Source: Rhizodiscina lignyota (Eukaryota). Taken from it: a stretch of 64,000 bases of DNA. Made by a program: the position numbers and the translations under genes. Numbering within the stretch: the first letter of the stretch is position 1; every line of letters begins with the position of its first letter. Of this stretch, positions 25,601 to 37,668 are shown in pieces. The DNA lies in contig ML978126.1 of NCBI GenBank assembly GCA_010015805.1, positions 496,001 through 560,000 of the forward strand, in the 5' to 3' direction. Below the pieces are notes generated by a model, which saw only the letters and a list, made by a program, of their open reading frames with translations, did not search any database and was not told the origin of the DNA.

Positions 25601-26616
25601 AGTGTGATGGGGCCTAAGCGTGCCCTAATCGTGGAGTATTAATGGTCGATCATTGTAAGGGTCGACTTGTTGCATAATAGTCGTTTGATTTGGGGGGCGG
25701 CGCTTCTCACGCCAGATTCTCGCCATATCGCCTCCTTAGTTATTGCTCCTGAAAGGCAAAGCATAACGACTATCGCTCTACCTTTTCGGAAGATCTACAA
25801 AATTAAAGTTGCATGTGATCAACAATGCGGCTGAGCCTTGCATGGACTTTAATGATCGCGGGGAATGTTTGTCGGATGGTACGAGGAATGTGGAAGCAGC
25901 TCCACCAATACAGACGTAGGAGAGGAATAGTCCATTTGAATGAATCTCGCGTCAGCAACCTTGGCAGACTAGGCTCAAGTGAAGCCTATAACGAATGATA
26001 TCTAATAGCTACGAACGTTGTCCCTGTTTAAGCTTAACGGCCGTGCCACGCCAGGTACCCGAAGGCCGACGACCCCGGATCGTATCTTATTTTTGGATCC
26101 TTAGATGTTCATACCTCTGCAACTGCACAACATCGTGGACATACATCTCTGCGCGGAAATCAATGGTGTCCCTGCAATCTTGGCCTTGACTTGAGGCCGC
26201 AGTGAAAGTACGGCTGTACATCAGCGCTAAGAGGCACACTCTCCAACGACGGGCTGTGATGAGCTCTGCAGTCCCCTCCGTGACAGGGCTGAAAGAACTC
26301 TTGAGTCGTACAAGCCCATGCCATCTGCCCCAGGACACGAGAAAATCGAGCGATATGTCTGCTCTGGGAGAGGTACAAGCCCCAAGAGACAATGTACTGT
26401 GACTCTGTCATCTCCGTCGGAAGTACAATGTAGCCTTCACATTTAACACAGCCTCAACTGGATCGAATCAACATGTCTTCGCCTCGATGTAGAAATGGAT
26501 AGAAAGTATATAATCCTCACATCTCCAGCGTCTTGTCTCTAGTTCTAGCTTCAGCAGCAACAGCAGTACCATCTTCACTTCACCTTCACGACTCTGTTTC
26601 ATCTCCTCTAGTCAAA

Positions 26617-27884
26617 ATGATCTCCAAGTCAGCTTCTTTCATCACGCTCCTGGCGTCGACTGTGCTCGCCAATAACCCCATTGACGGCAGTTTGTTTACC
26701 GACAATAATGGTATTGCTGCTGCTCAAGCAGCGGCCCCTTTATGGTACGGCCAGAATCTCTTACAATCTCTCATGAATACGAAGGAGCTAGTTTCCGACG
26801 AGCGAACGAGACCTGCCACGGCATTCCCTTTCTATGATATCTAGAAGTAAATCTTCTAAGACAGGCTGGGCAAGCTACTCCCCGATAATCTCGAATGCAA
26901 CTTTACCGACGCGAGTAAGCTTGATAGAAGTGTCGGGTGCAAGTTTGGCAGCTTGGCTCCGCGGACTGTTCGCTCGCTGACACTAGCTCCTTCGTAAGAA
27001 TTGACTTCGGTTGGACCGATACAACTGATTAGTCTTTGGCACTTGCGGGTTCCTGCTTTGTATTCTAACTAACCTCTACTGCAGGTACATGGCGACTAGT
27101 TCCTGCTTGCCAAGCGCTGCCGAAGATGGAAATGGACACCAGACCGACGGGGTTGATGTTGATGTAGTGCTCTGCGCAGTAAACCAAAAACAAGATGGTG
27201 GTTGCCCTCCTGCTCCTGCTTGGACTGGGGCGAATACTGGATATTACAACATTCCTGGGGAACCCTTTCCGAACATACCCACCTATTTTCAGATTGGCTA
27301 CTGCGATGCCGACCAGTCTTGGAGAATCTATTACGGCGTCTACTTCAAACATGTAAGTCTCCATTTCTGAATGGAAGGAAGGACAGTTGGACTGACTGCA
27401 TCTCTTCTCCAGGACGTCTCCCACAAAAGCGATTGGGAGTGGGCGATCGTGAAGTTCACGAACCAGGGCAACAACCAGTGGTCGAGATATGGTGTAAGAG
27501 ATCCTGTGGCGCAAATATGAACTCCACAGCTGTGCTAATTTGCTCCAGGTACTCATGGAGACGGATGGAAGCTACGGCGTAGGATACTGGGGCGATATCC
27601 CTAATACGTTCGACGGCACCGACGACTGGGAGCAAGACGGTAACCAGAATCGCGACCATCCCAAGCTCTTCTTCAGCAAGCGCCACCACTCCGTCCACTA
27701 CGATCCAAACGGCTCGAACAAGGACACATGCGTCGCTCCTGACTTCCGTGCCAATGATTATCAATTCTGGGCTTACTGGAACTTGCGCCGTGCTCAGGAT
27801 GTCATTGACCCGAACTGGACTTACGGGCAGGCAACGTCCCCCGTCCATCTCGATATTTGCGACAACAGAGGCCAGAGCTTCTAA
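26617..27884 (+). CDS. Secreted Nep1-like (NPP1-domain) protein, probably type 3 NLP, 3 introns
   Basis: Signal peptide; introns 26745..27084, 27353..27412, 27494..27548. CLPSAAEDGNG, IYYGVYFKHD, SHKSDWE (cf. GHRHDWE), HPKLFFSKRHH; six Cys. TATATAA about 110 nt upstream. Confidence 0.75.
26778..26996. mobile_element. Putative MITE, copy 2 (opposite orientation), inside NLP-like gene intron 1
   Basis: Perfect 15-bp inverted termini TACGAAGGAGCTAGT / ACTAGCTCCTTCGTA, extending imperfectly to about 30 bp (…CGAGCGAAC). 219 bp including both TAs. Confidence 0.85.
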
Positions 27885-28061
27885 GACGGAGGGAGTCAGT
27901 TCCCGTCATGTTTCACATACTCGGTGGGTTGCTTCTGGAGTTGTTAATGGAGACTGTAAATAAGTTGGGTGGATGTTTGGATCTGTAAATTGGAATGGGG
28001 GCACGAATCATTCATTCATTTATCCTCTGTATCTTGTGAATACGAACTTTATCCGTACCTC

Positions 28062-29320
28062 TCATGCCGGTGCCTTAATCATAAAAATCTCCTTCAGGGC
28101 TTGCGGATCAAGCGAGGCCATCTTCTTCTGACGGATGTACCTCTGTCGCACCGCATGTCGTCCAGAGGCAAAATTCACTGTTGTCGTTGCCGACGAAGCC
28201 GAATCCGACGGCGTTTTGACCTTCACTTCCGTTGCCTCGACTACAATTTGCACCTTTGAAGGGTTGTCTTGGATGTCTTGGGTGTCTTGGGTGTCTTCGT
28301 CTTTTGGTTCAGATTGTTGCGCCCGACGTTCCCTTTTTAGTCTCTTCGCCTCCCTCTTCATCCTCCTCTCTTCTTTGCGTTTCTTCCGCTCGGCTTTACG
28401 AGTAGCGTCTGTATCAGTGTTTCGATCTTCTGCAAGGCCTTCTTCAGCTCCATCAACGTTATCATCTTCGGACACTTCCCTCGAGTCCTTAGCCTTCTTT
28501 TTCTTCCTTTTGGACTTCGACATGTTGGTTTCAGCACTGTGGAAGCTCCTTGTGGAGGGCACTTTTGTGTTTCCAGAAGCATTGCACTCTTGTTCTGATG
28601 ATTCTTCGCCGGTTTGAGCATTCACGGGATGTACTGCGTGCTTCTGCTTCTGCTTGCGCTTCTTCGTCTTTGTTGTACGAGAAGCCTCATCCGTGGCTGC
28701 TGGCTCATCGACCTCTGATCGTTTCCTTTTCTTCGCGCCAACTCCTTCCATGCTGGCGTCAGACCAGCCAGACTGTTCCATTTTGATAGGAACATCCTCC
28801 TGCGACTCCACCTTTTCCTTCTTGATCTTCTTCTCGATCTTCTTCTCCATTACGTCCCCAACGAGGAAGCCTCCACTTACGAAATGCATACGGCCCCATC
28901 GCTGAGCGTGAAATGATGCCAATTGCACATCCTGCCGCGACTTCTCCTCCTTCTTCAGTTCACCCTCACTCTTGCCATTCAACCTCCCGAGCAGCCCTTG
29001 AAGCGCACTGAGGCCAAAGTTTTCTGCGGTCTCACCAGGTCTCCTGGCCCCAAGCCCCAAATTGTCTTCCTTCAAAAGGACGCGAATATGCGACGCATTG
29101 GCAACAGTGTAATGATCTGAATGAGATGCGTTCTTCGCGCCAAGGTACGATCCTGGTGTCCAGCCATGGGCGGTGAGGATTTTGTGGCCGAAGCGATCGG
29201 TGTTCCGGCTCCATGCGTTGTTGTTCGGGTCATTAGATATCTTGGTTTTTCTTTACAAGAGTCAGTTTTGTATAGATAGTAAGAACGAATGGTCTACCTT
29301 TTGGGACCGCTGAGTCCCAT
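28062..29320 (-). CDS. PXR1: G-patch protein Pxr1/Gno1 (PinX1 homologue), intron 29251..29297
   Basis: MGLSGPKRKTKISNDPNNNAWSR...FGHKILTAHGWTPGSYLG...KEDNLGLGA G-patch, K/E-rich tail, GRHAVRQRYIRQKKMA...LKEIFM C-terminus. Confidence 0.92.
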
Positions 29321-29665
29321 GATTGCTGGGCTGCACTTGTTTGTGCTTGATTTTCAAGAATTTGAGATGCGAAACTTTTGCCGACGTCGGCGGTCGGCGT
29401 TGGGTAAGATACGGATAAAATATTTTGCCGGGCGTGCTCTGTGCCACCCCTTGCGTGGCGTGGGCCGTGGCTTGCACTTGCCTTGCGTGGCGTAGCGTGT
29501 GGCGCGAAAGGTCCGATGATCCGATCCCTGGATGTCGTCACTTCCTTTCCTTACCTCAGGTACCCATTTCCACCAACCACTGGCTATTCACACCAGTAGA
29601 ACAGAAAGTCGCACTGGCAACGAGACGAGAACGTCTGGACGTCCTTGTGGCCCCGCGTTGACGGG

Positions 29666-30308
29666 ATGGCTGCTAAGCAAAGGGCGGCTAATCGAAATTC
29701 GACAACAGCATGTTCCAGGGATACTCCAGAGGACAGAGCTCCACCAAACTCACAAAGCTCGGACGATCTGAGTGTCCAGAGTATAACGGCGAAGATGCTT
29801 AACTCTGTGAGTGACCATGCGATAGCGATAAGATGCAATTATTTTTGGTTTCTCATCAACTTTCCTCTATGTCTTCGCTTTAACTTCCATCACGATCTTC
29901 TGGGTGAATATTCTCGATTCTACCACTACGTTTCTATTTCTTGGATCCCCTAATATAGATGGTAGTCGCGCCGTCGCCGTGAAACAAGAAGAAATGCTCT
30001 TGAGACCGAGTACAACAAGAAAGTCAAGGAACTCCTGGAGAAGATTAACAGGCGCTTTGAGAAACATCAAGCGAAGATGTACAGGTTCCTGGAATCACGA
30101 CGCCTTTTGCCCATCTTACATTCATAGGGATAATCGTCGTCGAAGCCGAGTTCAAAGACTTCTCGAACTCCTACGAAAGAAGCAAGACATCGAAACTCGA
30201 ATCGCCGCGAAAATCCGCAAACTCGAGGTTGCGTACAGCGAGCGAGCCCAGGAGTTGCGAGCAGTACTCAAGGCTCGAGCTGAGGAGTTAAAGGCGGCTG
30301 CTGATTGA
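29666..30308 (+). CDS. Small basic coiled-coil hypothetical protein (3 exons predicted)
   Basis: Joining through introns ~29807..29965 and ~30079..30127 gives SRRRRETRRNALETEYNKKVKELLEKINRRF...RVQRLLELLRKKQDIETRIAAKIRKLE. The model needs the second of two nearby AG acceptors. Confidence 0.5.
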
Positions 30309-31994
30309 ACTTATGTGCGCTGTGAACCATTGCAAACCGACAAGCGAAAATGATCTGGGGGAGAGTGAGCTTGACTGGCTGCGCCATTTCATGTCAATGT
30401 TTTGCAATTGTTCAGGACATCTTTCGTCCAACACATGCTTCAGATCTGATTGATCATTGCTATATTGCCGATTTTCAGGGGAGACTTTTCTACACAATAA
30501 AGGTTGCGAATTAGCTGTATGATGAGTTGCAATATTTAGTAATACCCTCCGCATCTCATGCCTTCATTGCCTTCATTCTCAGTTCATATTGTGTTAACAG
30601 TCGAGCCTTCATTACACATTGATTGAAATTCTATCGTCTCGTATCGACAAGTATTAGGAGTATACTCCGTATGTGGACTAGAAAGCTTCGACTCTCATGT
30701 TAGAACTGCCACGTGGACCATTTACGTTACTTATTTCCGTTGAGACGGTCGTATCACCTCAACTAGTGTTCCCAAATCCTACCTGGCGCTAAGGAGTTTA
30801 GGAGGGTTTGTCGACTGGTCCACTAACTTACTCGCGCCGGTTCCAAACGCTCGGAACCGGGGTCGTCTGTGCGTTTCCAAGGCCGAACGTATGAAGTGAT
30901 CTTGCGCAAGTTGGTATTTGGAAGCCTATCAGGTTGCAACCCACGGCGGTGAGTTTGTCAGAAAGATTGAGGGAACAGCTGACACACTTATTTGTCGAAC
31001 ATTCTGGTCATGACTCGGGCAAGTTGGACTTGTGGCTGTCAAGATCGGGGCCGTGGCCCGTCATCTTGGAAAGTTGGAATGTAGCCACAGAGAGCATTTG
31101 GCTTCAGAACCACTCCCACCATCACTGCAACACTGAATAACTGGGGAAACGTAGAAGTCATAGATACTGTCGCGTGGGATGATTAACTGCTCACTTTGAA
31201 CTCGAGTATGCTGTTGCCGGCCAATGCTGTATGCATCTATGCTTGACGTGAGGCACATATAGTCTGCGGTGTATGCAGGTCATTCCAAGGCATGCCAACA
31301 TTTAACCCTTACTCACCGTCGGCTCTCATTTGTTGGACACGCCGAGCCCGGGACCCCTGGCATTTGCATACACGCGGTGGAACCCCGTCTATCTGGGGTC
31401 GCACCGTAGAATAGCAGGGCTACAGAATCTGCCGTTGAGGAGATAGGACCCTGCCCAGAAGTCCGGGTACTGATGTACCTGCCGCTTCTGTGTTGTGATT
31501 TGGGCAACCAACGCGGCAAATTCTGGATCTCACGATCGGAAATGGTAATGACTCTCGCTCACGTGTGGCGGTGCAAATATAGGATCAGCAGGCGAAAAAC
31601 ATCATTTCGGCAATGATGCTCAGGAACCGTCTCCAGATTTGCAAGGGGCTAGTTTCACGGAAGCAAGCGCTTGGGTGGCCAATCCGAAGGGGACGTTCAC
31701 TTGTGAGGAAATGATTCTTTCATTGGGTTAGGAGTCTCGGAGCTTGCTCCCTTTGACTATGTTACTATTATTGTACACTCTATCCATTCCGTCCATGACA
31801 ACATTCCATCATCGTACAGGGGACGTGTTTTCCCTCGTCGCGGCCATGTAATCGTTGCTTCGTGAGTTAGAAGGTAACTATGGGTGCAACCATTATCCTG
31901 ACCTGCAGGTTGAAACGTAGAAAATGCTTTGTGGTCGATCGACCGCTTCCCTATGCGTTTGTGCATCTTATGGTGAATGGCTGCAGATTGCTCG

Positions 31995-34071
31995 TTAGTA
32001 TTGTCGCATATGTGGTGGGCCTCCCATTTGAGGCGGTGGCATCTGAGGCATTGCTGGCAATTGTCCTGTGGGACCACTAGGTTGGCCCATTCTGTGGAAC
32101 ATCTGGACGAGGCGGTTGCCTACGCTGGGTTCCAGCTCAGTTCCGTCCCTCGCGATCTTAACTTCTCTGTTCGCGTTCCATGGGTTCCTCAGACCTCGGG
32201 TGCGGTAAAATGGAAGTCGGTTTGTCGATAGCCATTCAATCTTGAAAGGCTTGCCCCAGACTTGCTGCCCACCGCTGCCTTCAGCGTCTATGTGCTGTTC
32301 CACGCTCTCCTTGGGCTCCTCAACCTCTTCCTCGTCAGAATGATCTGCTTCCCAGAATATCGTTCCACGCGCAGAATCGTCAATGATATGACCCTTGGGG
32401 GCAAATTCGGTTGCTGGTGTAGGAATCGTCCGAGGCGCATCTAGCGCTTCGGCGGGCTCGTGTCGTTGAATCGTACCAAAAACTTGCGTTGCATCTTCGC
32501 TGATTGGTGAAGTCATGCGAGCATAGCCAAAATACTCGCCAGACTTATTTGCAGAGAATATTAGGTAGACGTTGTCAGCAGACTAAATTGAGGTTAGCAA
32601 GCTCCTGTGGCTAGGGGGAAATCAGAAACTGGTGGGCGAACCTGATAGGCTTTGTTTAAAGTCTCCTCGTTATGAGCTTGTGTCGCCCAAATTCCATTTC
32701 GAACACTTAGCTCCAGGTCTTGGAGAGTCAGACTTTTGACAATAAAGTACTTGTCTGCGACTCTCTCCGTGGTCGTAGGTTGCTCCATCGGCTGCTGAAC
32801 TTCCTCATGGTCAACAACCGTCTCCTTGACAGGTTCTTCTGGAGCCTGGGTAGTGGGAGTTTGAGGGACAGCCGAGGAGGGTCCAGCCATGGAGGCTGGG
32901 CCAGATGGGACACCCGGCGGTGCTGCGGATCCTCTTCTGAGTCTGCACACTAGTCGTACGCCGTGAAAACGAGAATCGTGAAATCGTTGCATCGCGGCCG
33001 TGCACGATGCTTCTGTGCGGTAATTTACAAATGCGCAGTTGCTCTTGGATATCAAGAAAAGACTCTCAATATCTTTGGTTGCATCTCGCGAGAAATGGTC
33101 CTTGAGGTCCAAGACGGTTGTTCCTGGTGGAAGATTGCCAACCCAGAGCGCATGGCCGGATTGTTTTGGCTTGCGCGGTGGTCCTCTTGGTACTGATCCC
33201 ATGCTGCTCCCCGAAGCTGGTCGCGGAATGGCTGCTGCTGTTACTGACGTGAGTTCATGGTCAAAGAATCGGTTTCAAACAATACTTTACCTTCTGCCGT
33301 GTTTATAGTCGCCGAAGCGCCATACAGGTCACCATAGGCGGCCATACCTTGCATTTGACGAGGACCACCTTGTGCCTGTAAGGTACTGCCGATAAAAGCG
33401 CCCTGGGGACTTTGCAGAGAACCTAGACTCGTACGTCTGTCAAAACCCTGCATTGCTTGTCCAGCTCCAGGAAAGAAAGTTTGTTGTGCGCCCTGAGGAG
33501 TGAAAGGTGAGGTTGGATAGAAATATTGGGGAACCTGCTGTCCATAAGGAGAAAACTGTTGTTGCATAGCAGGTACACCAGCGGATCTTTGAGTTTGTTG
33601 GCCCATAGGCCCGTGGCTACCATCGTCGTGTGCCATTGCGCCTTGAAACTGCCCGACTCCATATGATGCGCCGTAAGGAGGATTGGAAGGAAATTGTGGC
33701 ATTTGCTGGCCTCGGAATTGCGCCTGTTGGGCTGAAGCGCTCGCTGGCTGTCCACGTTGGGTTTGTTGAGGGTTCTGGAAATCTGGCAATGCGCTCGCCA
33801 TCGAGCCCATGTTGAAGGAAGCTCCACCTTGTCCTGGGTTTGCAGACATGTTGTAGGAGCCCAATCCAGTTTGGATTCTTGAAAGATCTACTCTTGGTTG
33901 GGGTGGGAGGGCGGTAAATTGCGAGTAGAAGGGTGTGTTGTCGACTGTGCTTGGTCCGGCCTGCTGAGTTACGTTCGACTTGGTGTTGTGTTGCGATTCT
34001 TCATTCGGATATGTGCCATGTGTATACTCAGAAGGACGAGCACCACCATGGTCTGAAGGTGCGTCGCCCAT
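31995..34071 (-). CDS. RRM + YTH-domain RNA-binding protein (YTHDC1/Mmi1-like), 2 coding introns
   Basis: Q/G-rich N-terminus; RRM (LWVGNLP, NCAFVNY); YTH motifs YFIVKS, GIWATQ, VYLIFSANKSGEYFGYARM, FKIEW, NPWNANREVKIARDGTELEP. Introns ~33238..33290 and 32583..32641. Confidence 0.9.
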
Positions 34072-37000
34072 TGGCTCCTCTACAATCACTGGCAGAGCAA
34101 CCCACTGCTGAACCCAAACAAAATTCATTGTTAGTCAAAGAGCCCATGATAGAATCAAACGAATGGATGCCCTTAGCGCCATTGAAAGCGCGAGCGAAGC
34201 TGGGCTCAACCTCGAGGAACGTACCTGCTATAGTAATATCAGAGAATTGAAGCTCCTGTGGCGAGATTGCAGATGGAGAGTGCCGGAAATTCTCAAGATA
34301 GCTCCAAGGATGCCCTGGGTTTGCCAATCAGGATCTGACGAAGGACCAAAGTAGAACGAAGGCAGGAGGCGCTATTTGGGCACGCGCCAATGTGGAAGGC
34401 AAACGAACAGCTGTCAAAGAAGATCTCCCAGGATGGTCAAATCGCTTCAAGCGGGACGACGTCGATCAAACAATTGTGGCTAATAGCAAGACCAATTCGT
34501 GCCTGTTCGTCGGATAGGGATGTTGGCGAACGGTATGGCTGACGAGAAGAGTTAGTATTTGGTGGAGTGACACGCGAGCCGGGTAGCTTGCTCCCGCCTT
34601 TGACAGGCCAACGACAACCACTGAACAGAAAGGAGAAGCCTGAGGGGGCTGACGTGCAGAAATTCAATTGAGACAACAGTCCACTTACATTTCTTTGCTT
34701 TGCTTCGGTTGCCTCCCAATTCGTGGCGATTAGGCAGGCTGATTGGTCGAAGCCGGCTGCAGTCCGAAGGGGTAGCGGGAAGGATAAGTGCCTGAGGCGG
34801 TGCAAGTGGATTCTTGGTTAAAAGTTGGGTGGAGAATTGAACGCGGCGGCAAAATGATGTGCTCGGAGAGCAGCAATTCCGAAAAATTAAATCGCTGAGG
34901 CGTGCAGGTACTGTATAGGAAGTATTGTAGGCCCGTAGGTAAACGAGGTCGGGTAGTCGGGGGCTCAGCAGGTGGCGAAAAGTCCCCAGGTTGTTCGAGA
35001 CTCGAATACCGCAACGAAGACCCTGCACGAAGGAGGGAATGCGATGCTGAATGACGCACAATGCAGTGAGAGAAGATGCTGCTGCAGAGGGGAAGAAGGC
35101 GCAGAGAAGATATGGGTCAAAAAGAAAGCCATACGTTCGGGCTGCGTCAGACGCCCGGGAGCTTAAATGGGTGAGGTCAGTAGGGAAAGGAGCGATGTTG
35201 CATGCCGGAATGGCAACGTGACAGACGGCCAGAGTTTGGGTTATCAAGGCTACGGAATACAGTGCAGGGCTGGGGAAAAGACAGTGTGCGAGCAGGTAGT
35301 GCTATCCGCCGAAAAGTTTGGGCCTCGACATCCGCTTCTCCACTGCTGGCAGCAGCGTCGTAGCCTTGCATTTGGCGGGTCAGTCCACGGAGACCCTGAC
35401 GGCCCATGCTACCTGGTCCGGTAGGTAGTGATTGGTGGGCTGTTGGAATGTTCGACAGAAGAGCAAAAGCCAGGCTCAGTCATGACGATATTCATGCGAA
35501 GTGGGCAGTCGGCCAACCCTGTGACCCTGCGGCGGGCGCCTGTTCAGCGGGAAGGGCTGCTTCTCATGCGAATGCCGTCTCCCACTTGCATGTCCTACGC
35601 TCTCTCCGTTGGTGCCTCCAGCAACGGCCGTCTGCGGTCCAGGGAGCATGCAACCCAGCTTCGCACCGCGCTGTGTGGCTCGGGGGAAGACTCCGGCCGC
35701 GACCCAATGGAGGCGAGGCGACTAGCCGGCCAAGTGTAGATTCATGGGACAGTCATGGTGACGATCTGGCGGATGATGGGATGCAGACAATGCTTGCAGT
35801 GGTTGCAAAGGGAGAGCGCCACAGCGCCGCGTCCAACACAGGACCCTGATTCCCGTCCCACTGCTTTCTCACGTGGCCCTAGCGCTAGCGTAGCTGCCCT
35901 GTTTGCTCGGGTCGGTCGGTGGCGCCGAACCTCATGCTATTTGCGACTTTCCCATCCGGCTGGCAGAGCTTCGAATCTCAAACGGCCCCTGAAATGTCAG
36001 ATTTTTCCTATGGCGCTTTTGCGAGCGACACGCCTGCCACCGCTCCGCGAGCATGGGCCGCAAAGGGCAGCCACACCGCGCATGCCGATCTCCACTATCG
36101 AATCGAAAAATAGAAATGCCATGCCCACGATCGACGCCCATCTTGCCTGTTAAGAAGGCCGCTGCGCAGCCACTGTTGTGCCGTCCTCTCGCGTTCGAGA
36201 CTGCCATGGACATGTGGCGAAGAACGCTTGTAAGCCCAACATGCTGGGAAGATGGCGTTTCACAGACAGCAGCGTGCAGTATCGTTCGGGACTTCCGCTG
36301 ACGAAAACGGTCCGGCGGGGAAGATCGTCAATCTCCAACACCCTTTCCATCATGACGGCCCTGCGCGTTGGCGAAGAAAGGGCTTTCGTTCGAGCCGGGC
36401 CCACGCCAGCCGAGGCGAGTCAAAAGCTCCTCGCGCGCCTCACCTGCTGATACGCTGCGGAGTTCACTGCGAGGCCACCCAGGTTCTCGGTAGCATCGCC
36501 ACATCTCGAATCTCATGTGCGTTCGTCATCGTTGCCGATCTCTATTGCTTGCGTTGCCATGGCGGACTGACTCATGAAACGCTAACCTCACCTCTATCCC
36601 TTTAGGACCGCATCGAAATTCCAGGTCCCATTCTAGGTCATCAGGAACGTCAAAGTATGTGCTATGACGCAAAGTCGGGACCGGTGCACTCGTCGTGCAT
36701 TTCGCTTGTGGCATACGACGTAGATGCATCTGCCGACGCCACAGGGCACGGCCACTGAAGCTATTGAAGCTGCACGTGAGTATTGGTCTAGCCAATTCGA
36801 AAGGGAAGCGACCACAAGGATAGTTACCCTTTTTCGAACGCCACACTCGGCCCGTTTTTGTGATACGGGGAAATAGAGTTTGAGGTGGAGTTAATCGCCT
36901 ACATCGCTTCCAATAGGACGAAATTCGCCTAAAAAATTCTGCGAACAGTCACGTTCGTGATTCCGGAAGATCGGCTCTGTAATCGGGTTCGGATGCAACG

Positions 37001-37668
37001 TAGATGTGCATCTCGACGCAAGTCGAAGCAAAATTTAAGGTTAATCGAACAGCAAGCATCATTCCCGCGGTATAATAGCACATCTTAAGATCAACCTTCA
37101 ACGCAGGAGAGCATATAGGTGAAACGGTCGTCTTGTAGCTTGTAAGGTGATGGGTATTTAGTATCATTAGAAGACCGGCCGTGCTGTGTATACTACTGGA
37201 TATTCCCACGTTGTGCTGGTCTTGTGTGTGCAATTCGAAATTACGCTCGCGAATGTTTACTAACAGGGTCATATTATGAAAAGTCGTCCACAGACTTCGC
37301 GTGATTGCAGCCAGTCCGGACTTTCCCATGAATCGCTCTGGTACTAGGCATTGAACGATTTCTCGCTGCCTACTGACCGCTCCCATCAACGCGGCCAGGT
37401 TCACGGCCTAACTCATTCGTCTTTCCCACTCTCCGGCAAAATTAGACGGGGCCATGTACTCGCCACTCGAGCGCCTTCGGCTCTTCCGTCGAAACAATCG
37501 CTCCCTGCAACGGAGTTCAGCGTGATCCAACCAGAGCCTTGATGCAGCTCACCAGGTGGGGATGTAAGAGCGAGGTATACGATCCGAGCGCAGGGGGAGT
37601 GGACTTCTTAGCATTTTGCTCGTTTCTTTAAGATTGGTCATCAGCGCAAGAAAATTTCGAGAATCCTT

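Noticed and set aside
30837..30867. 8-bp hairpin CCGGTTCC/GGAACCGG and an 11-mer shared with 26068..26078
   Set aside because: Short, not extendable, within chance for 64 kb.
34437..36850. Many 60-230-aa ORFs upstream of the YTH gene (likewise 47335..48716 and 7154..9589)
   Set aside because: No domains, mostly non-ATG starts, overlapping in all frames; better explained as leader and promoter DNA.
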